Assembly: GCA_051362555.1 (NCBI GenBank)
Contig: CM120646.1
Span: 19,902,001-19,966,000 of the forward strand
Length of the DNA: 64,000 nucleotides
Source: Lingula anatina
Lineage: Eukaryota > Animalia > Brachiopoda
Direction: 5' to 3'
Of this stretch, positions 54,232-64,000 are shown in pieces. The translations under genes and the position numbers were made by a program. The first letter of the stretch is position 1, and the number at the start of each line of letters is the position of its first letter. The notes beneath the pieces were generated by a model. The model worked only from the letters and a program-made list of their open reading frames with translations, did no database searches and had not been told where the DNA came from.

Positions 54232-56607
54232 GAATAATTGAGTATTTGAAGGAGAGGTGTTTGCATTTTGTGGGTAATTACCCTTTCGGCAGGTGACAGT
54301 TGTACTACAGGAAGAAGTGCTAGTCAAGTAAACCTGTTCAGTTTTTGAAAATAATGAAACTCCTCTTTGATTTTGTATTATGTTGAAGATGCATGTAGAG
54401 GTGGTCATGTATATTGACTGGAAATTTCATGCAAAAAATCTATGAACCCAAGTTTGTATGTAAATTTGTACATAGTGAAAAATATTTAAGATAGATTTGA
54501 AATTGAATAAAAAAAAATGTATATATTGTAGTTCTCTAACTTTCTTTTGAAAATTAGTCAAGAGCATAACAGAAAAAAGTTTCCCACCTAAATGGAAATG
54601 AAACAGTTTGTACAACAATAAACAATATTTGTTTCATTCAATAATTTATTTCATTGACTTTTTAATGTGCCTACAAAAAGCTGCTTTTGTACAGCACATA
54701 ATGCTATTATCTTTGTGATAATAAATAATAAACTGCTAATAATTCTACACACAATTTCAATGCCTGCATCCTCTGGTATTTACAATCAAATACTGAGTAC
54801 TACAAATGACTAAGCATGTCACAGTCTTATCTTGGCTGTGGACACCACCTATCGTTGTGTATGTACACCATGAGGTGGATGCACGTAAAACAGTGTCTAA
54901 AAATGAACTACAGCTCATAAATAATAACAATCACTTTATACAAATTATTTATCTTTCTCAAAATCCCTGTTTTATGTGTAATATTGCACTAACTACTGTG
55001 CAGACTCCCTTTAAGTAGTATGGTACTCTTCATGTATCAAAGTGATGACGCTTCATTGACGAAATATTATCATGTACATCACCGACTTCTATAAAGCTGA
55101 AATCTGATTGATTATATAACCCCAACCTCTTCGGAACTGTGATCAAGTCCTGTTGATATGTATGTATCATCTCTGATTTCATAAGAAACTAAAGGCCATG
55201 TAGACCTTTTAATTAAAAATACTGTTATGGGGCCATTTATTACTCTTTGGCATGGAAATTTTTACAGAATTATAAATAACACTGTACTCGATACATGGAA
55301 CTATAGGCAAACTACTTAATAATAATAATACATGATCCTTGGCAAATGAATCCAATGGCAACATATACTAAGGAGCCCTATTTCACACCAGAATAACACC
55401 AAGTGCTCCTTGAAGTGCAATAAAAAAGCAGATATGGTGTAAGAAAACAACAAAAATATGATCAAAACAATCCTTTTGTTGAAATAATGGAAAATATTCC
55501 AAATTGCAAACCAAAATCCAACATAATGATGATATTCTTAGTAAGTCAAAAGCCAATAGCTACCTTACAATACCAATAAATGTCCACTCAAATCCTACAT
55601 CAGTGAAATACCATTTCTTCTTGCATTAAAAATATAAGTTGTATGTTATTTCATAATAATAATAATGATATAATTATGTCTCATTTTGCTTGGTAAAGAG
55701 TCAAAAACACTTCAGTGTAGGATTCATAATTGCACGAAGTGTCTTTTCTTCACAGCTACGAAAAATTGCACTCTTAGTGTGGAAGTAACACATTGCCCTT
55801 GGGTGGTTTTATCACAATATTCTAGAATGTATTATGCCAGAAGAAAAAAGGTGAATAGTTATTTGGAAAATTGCCATGATACTAAGTGTTTTAGTTTGTC
55901 AAATAACAGGTGGTTGGATTATCACAAAAATGTAAAGAAATGGCATTCAAATCAGGATGGAAAAATTAATGCTTCTTAAGCCAAACAGTTGTATTTACAG
56001 GTAGAGTCCTTGATGTCATTCTGGTAAAAAGAGATGACGGCAAATGTTGACCACATATGCACTTAAATGTGGTCATGATGCATTTTCACTTGTCACCAAT
56101 GGAAAAAAAAGATGAATTTTAAATCACATTGTGAATTTTTGGAGAAGTAAACAATGGTCACTTCTGGACCTTTAATTTGGAGAGAGCAGTGTCACATATA
56201 ACAGAGGTAGAAAATCTTTTAAAATTTTCAGAAACAATTACATATATTTTGTGATATCTTGCTTATTCAGTTTCTGGCACTGATCTCCATATAATGCTCA
56301 CTATAAAGCAAACACTGAAAAAAAAAAAAACTATAAAAATGTCTTCATAATGTCTATATCCGCACCTCAAAATAATAATAATAATAATAATAAAAATAAT
56401 TCTGCAGCTCACTTATTATATATGCTCAACTGACCATTCAGATAATGTGTACCATACCAACCCTAGGCCAACCTTTGTTCAGCTGAGAGCAAATTAACTT
56501 CAAATAATACAGAAAGCCCACTCAAAAATAAAGAAATGCTGAGAAAAAAGTCCTGGCAAACAAATAATAAATAATGATCAGACTTGACGTTCCCTGGGTC
56601 TGTCCGA

Positions 56608-56656
56608 TTATCTTATGGTCTGCATAGCCAACTGTCCACTGACTTCTGTTGATATT
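56608..56656 (-). CDS. PCBP3: Distal alternative terminal coding exon of the PCBP/mub gene (RISTEVSGQLAMQTIR*)
   Basis: Acceptor CTCCCTTTTTTGCAG at 56657, phase 2 like the proximal exon. The peptide resembles the short PCBP1/2/3 C-terminus (RL(S/T)SE.. as remembered). Confidence 0.65.
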
Positions 56657-58781
56657 CTGCAAAAAAGGGAGCTGAGGTTTAACACAGGAACATCAAACAT
56701 ACATTACATAAGCAATCCCCTGATACATTTATGGATTTTGCAAAGGCCTTCAATGCTTGGGAAAGGAATTTCAAATACACTTTACCAGATCTTACTCAGC
56801 TGAATTTAGCATTGTTTCCACACGTCTTCTATTTAAATTCACAGCTTATAGTAGTGGTTGCCCCGCTATGGTAGTTACTCACCAAATATGAACAAACTTC
56901 ACATCTTTTCCAAATATTGTTTTAATAAGAAGATCAATTAGAATTTTCAACGAGACAGCACGACTGTCTGCACATAAGAATTGTTCATATTCATGGCAAA
57001 AAGCATTTATCTGTGAACACACAATGAAGAAATAAAAAGTAGCTGTTCAAATTTTGTGAGTAATTTCTTTAGGCTACCCTGTTTCTCTAACATGGTCGCA
57101 TGACTTATATTGCATGGATCACACTAAGCTCATTAAAAGAGCCATTCATATATGTACCCTGCTAACACTGATAAAGATAAAGCACAAAAACATCCTTAAC
57201 TAGAGTTAGAATGAATAAATAAAGTCAAAACAAAAACTAAATACGTAGAATTGTTATGATTGTTTCAAATTTGTGAACTAAATTATATACTTTTTTCTAC
57301 TACACCGACTTCAAACTTCATAGTTAACAGTATCATTTTTACTACTCTGCGATTGGGCACTTCATTATTATCACTCTACAGACTGAAGTTATCTTCATGA
57401 CGTATAGAATTACATCAAGCTAAAAATTTAAAGCTAGCAAAGAGATTTGGGAATAAATGAGAATGTCTAAATTATTACCTGTAAATTTGAGATCTAGTGT
57501 AAGAATCATAATTTAAGTATGAAAGAAAGTGGAATTTTTTCTCATCACAAGGTACATTTAACACTTTTGTTCCCAATGATGAACTATATTATGATATGGC
57601 AAACAAAGGAGAAAGCAAACATGTTTACCTACACCTAATTAATGTGCATTTTAGGTATAAACTTAATTAGGAAGCAGTGGTGAAATTCTGATACAGATAC
57701 TGGTATGCTATTTTATCCAATATTTACCCTACCCCACCCCAAAGAAAGAAACCTATACAAAAACTTGACCCCCCTAAAATGTACATTTATCTACCCATAT
57801 GAAAGATATCTAATAAATTAAAGCTATATGTAAAATGGGACATTAAATTTCTTCAGTCAAATAGCACGCAGCTGTTATATTTGGTAAACATATAGTTATG
57901 TGACTATAATTAGGATGACGAAAAAAAAAAAAAACTAGTAACAATTTATTTACATCTTTAACCCCCATAATTCTCTGCGCACTTGCAGAAACAATATGGA
58001 TGTATACTACCAGCAAACATTGCTGGGGCCTTTCTTGACTGTTTGTAAATAAATCTGAGCAAAATTGACTCTTTTACAGTAAATATATTCTACGTGTATA
58101 AACACTTCTCTTTCAGAGAGAACCTTTTCTGCCATTGCACCATGGATAAGTAGAAAATATGGATTTCTATGTATCTACAGTAAGATGGAAGAACCTTCTT
58201 CTTTTTTTTTTTTTTTTTTTTTTACTGACAACTGTCTTCAAACAGAGGTGTCTTTAAGTTTTTCTTTTTGTAATAATCTAAAAGAAAAAAGTCATGTTTT
58301 AGCCAATCAAAACTGAGATATTGTGACCTTTACCCTGACATATCAATATATGAAGAGACATACTGTCAATTGCACTGGCCCCTGTTCTGATGGCTTTTCT
58401 TAAGCACACACAAATGTGACTAGCTCCTTTTTTCCTGGTGGGATGTTACCCTGTAACACTTTCATTCCTTTAAAATATCAACAATATCCAACCCTCCATT
58501 TGCTGACAGCAGTATTACTAAATACTACATCTACAAAAAAGAAACAAACACACGCAACTTTCTTCTGTAACTTCTCATGAATATAGTATGTCCTTTTCTT
58601 ATACTCGCTTTGACTTGATGATCAGTATCTGTATATAATGTCTTAATGCACACTCTCACATCACTTGTGAATAATAATTTTACTGTGTGAAAGTCCATGA
58701 AAGTTTTCATGTCTTTATATAAGGCAATTTACACAATGATATCGTCCTGTAACAGATCCTACTGCTATGCTGTGCACCCTG

Positions 58782-59037
58782 TCAGTACGGAGCAAATTTA
58801 CTTCTTTCAGCTTTGAGCCCATTAGGAAGGTCGACCCCGCCTTTCACCTTTGTAACCAGCGACTTATGCCAAACACTGCTCTCTAATAAACCAGCATTTA
58901 ATCCAAGAAGTGGCATCCCTGACACCGACAGTGGCTTCATCATTGTCGGAATCATAGGTGAAGGTGATGAGGTCAAGGTCGTTGTAGGGTTCGAGGTCGG
59001 GTCAAGGGTCATTTGCATTTGCTTATGCAACTCCATG
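58782..59037 (-). CDS. PCBP3: Proximal terminal coding exon of a poly(rC)-binding protein (PCBP/mub); KH exons not found in the window
   Basis: Acceptor CCCTTTGTTACTGCAG at 59038. SMELHK...MKPL..MPLLGL...NGLKAERSKFAPY* resembles the long PCBP4-type tail (KKAERQKFSPY as remembered). Minus-strand AATAAA plus U-tract at ~57950. Confidence 0.75.
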
Positions 59038-60851
59038 CTGCAGTAACAAAGGGAAAAAGAAGGGATGTTGGAATTAGATAGCTGCATCAACAAAACATAA
59101 AAAAATTAAGGAGTATCTGCGACCATATATTGAGTTAACTTCACAAGTTGTGGGATACCAACAAGTGAAAAAGGATCAGTGCAATATGCAAGTCAAAAAG
59201 CATTGTAGTGGCCTAGATATGAGCGTGCCGTAGTCCAAATCATACCGAAAGCAATATCTGATCACTTCTTTGGTGGTCAGTTATTGACAATGAGTGTTAA
59301 TAAGTTGGACCTTCTACGTTAGCAGCAATAATTGACTCACAACTCATGCAAAATTAACCCAATATATGGTGACCACAGTGTTCCAAATTTCACAAGAGCG
59401 TGTGACTGCTACAAGATAAACTGAAAGACCCTTATAAATAAAAAGTAAGTTTCTTTCATTCTTGCAACTACGCTCAATGAATGTTAAAAACAGTTGAAAA
59501 CACTGCACAAAACATTTGGAAACTGACTGACAGGACAAAAAACACCACAATTTCCACTGGCCATGTTGAAAAGAAAGTAGAATAAAACAATTAGGATGTA
59601 AAAGAATTTCTAAATCAAATCATGCAAAATTATCTCAGATTACACAGCGTCCCACACCATTTTAACATGCCGAGTGGTAAGTAAGTCACATGAAACATAC
59701 AGACGTAAATTTGGAAGATTTTTTTTTCTGCTGAATGATACCCTTCCGTTAATTGTCAGTATAAATTGTGGTGTTTTTCCCCAATTAAAAAAAATCATAG
59801 CATTAACTGTAAATTCACAGTTAGTTAATATAATATTGCTTTTCAAAATCATTGTGACAAGCTGACATATTGTACTATGTGGTTGTGATATTTGATTTAA
59901 AGGACAAATTCAAGTATTTTTTGTTCTGGTTAAAGTTTTGGGCATAATCATGCTTCCATGTTTCATTAACCCTAAATACAAACCAAAAAAAGCTTGTATC
60001 TGTCCTCAGCACAACCATTCTATTAGGAATGTCTCATCAACAAATAATAAAAGTGAAAGAAATGGTGGATGCATTAAAATTTTTGGATTCTTTTTTAGAA
60101 CAATGACAGCCTTGCTTTTTTTACGCGCCCCCCCCCCTCCCAAATTTTTATATGAATGCTAATTTAATGTATCAAACAGTAAAACTTTGTAAAAAAAAAA
60201 AAAAAAAAAAAAAAGGAAAATCAACTAGAACATCATCTTTATAATTTAGTATTATTAGCAAATCCCAGTCTACATACTTCCACCAGTCTTTTCACATTTA
60301 CTGACATTAAAAAACAATATGGTGTACTACTTTTTTTCTAACTGTGCAACATCTACATGTAGTTTCTATAAACTTTCCCATAAGGTCCGTAGCCAAGACT
60401 GAGAAAAATCACATTTAGAAAATACTCATGGACACTCCATTGCAAGAAGGCAAGGTATAGTAAATACCCATTTTGTGTTTTAGGCAGTCGAAAAGTACTA
60501 CATGGACTGCGGAAAAGGAGAAGGCAGAAAATACAGTGGACGTGACAAATATCTAACAAGATTAGATTTGAACATACTGTAATAAGCCACGTTCAGATCA
60601 ATTTTACCATCAATTGTTTTAGCTCTCAGATCAGTTTCACAACTCCCCCTCACTTTGCATCCTGATGACAAGGATTGCAAGTGTGAAAAATTGTAAATCA
60701 ACATCTTCATGAAGTTAGCACTAAAACAGATTTTTTATGTTAAAAAGATCTGTACGCAGCCTTATTATTATGAGAACTATAAGGATTTAAAGCCGCTTGT
60801 GACAGAAATGTACATAAACAAATATATTGTGAGGATACACATATTATATAT

Positions 60852-60935
60852 ATATTGAGAACTGTAAGGATAACAGGATCTGGAACTGGTAATATATTGA
60901 GCTCTGTAAGGAAAGCAGGATCTGGAACTGGTAAT
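60852..60935. repeat. ~42-bp tandem duplication
   Basis: tattgag..ctgtaagga.a.caggatctggaactggtaata occurs twice. Confidence 0.85.
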
Positions 60936-61409
60936 AGATAATTGAGGATTTCTACTGTTTTATTTTAAGTCTAATATGTAATGCAGTTGAAGCACAGAGT
61001 GTATTGTTATTCAGGTATCTTCAAAAGGACAATGGTGTTTCTATGACAGGAGGTATGTATTACAATTGTAACTGTGAAAAGTACATCCAGAAAATACAAG
61101 GGTGTTTCACTTCAGGACTAACTTCAACTGTGAATAAATGACATCACCAAATTGCCATATTGCATATAGATCTCAGCAGATATCTTCACTACCATATTAA
61201 AATCCTACTGCTTGGGGTCTAGAAAGTGTGAAATGAATTTTTGCTTCAAGAAGTTTAATTGCAAGTTAGTCCTGGTGTGAACACATCCTTTACTGACTTA
61301 AACCAGTGCTCAGGAGAAGGCTTAGAAAGGACATCACAGGATTACCTGGAATTAAAATCAGGGTGGATGAAACAGGGGAGTCAAATGGTAATTTTGGACA
61401 AAACGGTTT

Positions 61410-61985
61410 TGAGGATATTGTGTGCTAAGGAATGGTACTGAGGATACTGTATACAAAGGAATGGTACTGAGGATATTGTATGCCAAGGGAATGGTACTGA
61501 GGATACTGTATGCCAAGGAATGGCACTGAGGAAATTGTATACAAAGGAAAGGTACTGAGGATATTGTATGCCAAGGAATGGCATCGAGGATACTGTATGC
61601 CAAGGAATGGCACTGAGGAAATTGCAAACAGAGGAATGGTACTCAGGATATTGTATGCCAAGGAATGGTACTGAGGAAATTGTATACAGAGGAATGGTAT
61701 ATTGTAGGCCAAGGAATGGCACTGAGGAAATTGCAAACAGAGGAATGAAAATGAGCATATCGTGTGCCAAGGAATGGTACTGAGGGTGCTGTATGTCAAG
61801 GAAAGGTACTGAAGATATTGTATACAGAGGAATGGTACTGGGGATATTGCAAACAGAGGAATGATAATAAGGATATTATACTCAGAGGAATGGTGCTAAG
61901 GATATTGTATACTTATAAATGATACTCAGGATATTGTGTATAAAGAAAGGATATTTTTGGTGAAGGATGATTTTGAGGATATTGT
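61410..61985. repeat. ~29-bp minisatellite, about 20 degenerate units
   Basis: Consensus GAGGATATTGTATGCCAAGGAATGGTACT, head-to-tail, decaying toward the 3' end. Confidence 0.92.
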
Positions 61986-62626
61986 TTAGTGAGTTATGGT
62001 GCTGCAGCTAATATTCGGATCAGAATGGCATCAAAATGACAAAAGAAGATACAGGAAGAAAGGGAAGATAACAGGAATGTTGGATAGAGGCAACAGATGA
62101 AAGCTGGGTATTGATTGGACAGAGGTCTCACTGAAGAGCCAATGGGAAATCTGCTTCTACTTGAAAGATGGAAATGAAAATAAACATTGAAGAGGATTTG
62201 ATAAAAATAAATTGAAAGAGGAAATGTATCATTACAATCAAATAGCATAAAATAAAAGGAAACAAAATGTAAAAAGACCGAGGGTCCTCCAGGTTACCAA
62301 ACATATAGTTTAAAATGCCAGGAATTTTTAATGATGCTATTATTCATTAAATGAGGACCAATGAAAGAAGGAAAAGTTGGATAAATTTTGATGATGGACA
62401 ATGGTGACTTTTATTACATTACCCCCCCTATACTCTTAGTGCAATATCACAATAAATGGGAAAGCATAGTCCTCTATAACAAGTGTATCTTATTGTCTGT
62501 GTGATATCTAGCACATAGTTACACAGGCATACACATTTTTTGGCTATTTTAAAATAACATGTGAGGTGACAGCCAGAATTGGTAATTGGGGAAATTTATA
62601 ACTGACCCCAAGAAAAACCTTAATGC

Positions 62627-62645
62627 TGCCAAATGAGGAAAAAAA

Positions 62646-62689
<44 letters not shown>

Positions 62690-62846
62690 AGATATATGGA
62701 TGTAGAACATACTAAATAAGCAAAACATTTATAGTAGATTTTCCCAGATATTGCTGCTAATGAACAGACAGACAAATGGACAGAACGACAAAAATATGCC
62801 AATAGGTTACTGGACCAAAAAGTCAGGTAACCTAAAAAAATAATTA

Positions 62847-62897
<51 letters not shown>

Positions 62898-63202
62898 AAG
62901 ACTGAGGTTACTAAGGGACAACACTTTCCACACTGGGTTCTGACACCCACTGGTGATTTTGACAGGTTAACTGGGAACAGTGTAGGGACCAAACATGAGA
63001 GGTGAATACAATGCCCTTCACACCACCTTGTTCAAGCAGTGTCCACAGAAAATAAAAAGAATATTGGGAAAGGGGTGGGGGTGGGGGGTGGGGGGTGTTC
63101 CAAACTCTACGGGAAAATTGGGTGGCAAAACTGCAGTTGGTGAAGATGGACAGGGGAAAAAGGGCAAAAAAGGTTCAAACTTTGAAGGTATGGTAAGGCA
63201 AG

Positions 63203-63246
<44 letters not shown>
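62627..63246. repeat. Cluster of simple repeats: (TG)n ~62647, (TAAA)n ~62847, G-runs ~63072, (GA)n ~63205
   Basis: Direct reading. Confidence 0.85.
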
Positions 63247-64000
63247 GAAAAGGATGGGACACAAAGATATCCATGATCTGGTATCCTTTGGGTAAAAAGG
63301 TCCAAACTTGGAGGAAAAGGTAGGTGACACACAGGTCACTTGATCAATGAGGGGAAAAGGGAAGTGGAAAAAGGTCAAATCATGTGGTGGATAGAGGGTG
63401 AATCACACAAATCGCACTGGCACAGTGCATGTTTATATTCCACAGCTACGAGGGTTGGGGTGGTGTGAAAAAACTCTATGTGAGACAGCACATTAGATAG
63501 GATATCTTAAACAATTTTTTTTATAAATTATGTATTACCCATATGCAGACCAGAGATGTTTTTTCATCAACTACATTTCTAGCAAATAGGAATAATTGAA
63601 AAGTGGTGTATATGGTTTCATTATTACAAAATAAATCTTTTTTTTTTAAATAATAAAGCTGACTGAATTGATTCCAGGTAAAAGACGCCAAAGAATTTGT
63701 GACTGGATGGTTAAAAGGGTCTAAATGCTGGTAACAAAATAATTTCAGAAACCATTACCAAAAGGTGCCCCTTGGGTCAATGCCAATATTTTCAAAAGAA
63801 AACAAATTCTAAGTTGACTTCAGATCAGATCAACCAGATGCCCATCTAATTAAATTAAAAGGGTTAGTCATCAATATCAAATTTTTTTGTAATGAATTGA
63901 TATAAAGGATATAATTCCGCATGAATAAAAAAAGGATTCCAAAATAATTGAACTAAATGACTTCCAGATTTAAAAATAAAAAACAAATCAATGTGGTATG

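Noticed and set aside
61410-61985. CRISPR-like array of ~29-bp repeats
   Set aside because: Units are directly adjacent with no unique spacers, there are no cas genes and the context is eukaryotic. It is a minisatellite, and its ORFs are artefacts.
59100-64000. Upstream KH-domain exons of PCBP
   Set aside because: No GxxG KH-coding exon found by eye; treated as intron, so the PCBP call rests on the C-terminal tails only.

Overview
AT-rich, intron-containing animal genomic DNA, most likely a lophotrochozoan invertebrate (mollusc/annelid/brachiopod-like; inferred from gene content, not proven). Four blocks. (1) ~2-38 kb: a tandem array of four intact 3-exon genes plus one deleted pseudogene and promoter relics. 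They encode ~640-645 aa secreted proteins (signal peptide, Thr/Ser-rich stalk, somatomedin-B-like and Cys-rich modules resembling invertebrate SMB/Methuselah-like GPCR ectodomains) with no 7TM region. Two copies look like unequal-crossover chimeras, and comparing duplicated spacers exposes several TE insertions with their empty sites. (2) ~38.6-49.3 kb: a head-to-head inverted pair of nearly identical 392-aa chitin-binding (ChtBD2 x2) + LamG genes (Pif-like without VWA). (3) 50.3-53.8 kb: ZNF830 with an AT-AC minor-spliceosome intron, a 22-nt micro-exon and a GC-AG intron. (4) 54.6-64 kb: the 3' end of a minus-strand PCBP/mub gene with two alternative terminal exons. All gene models were spliced by hand and checked for phase; family assignments come from remembered motifs, not database searches.
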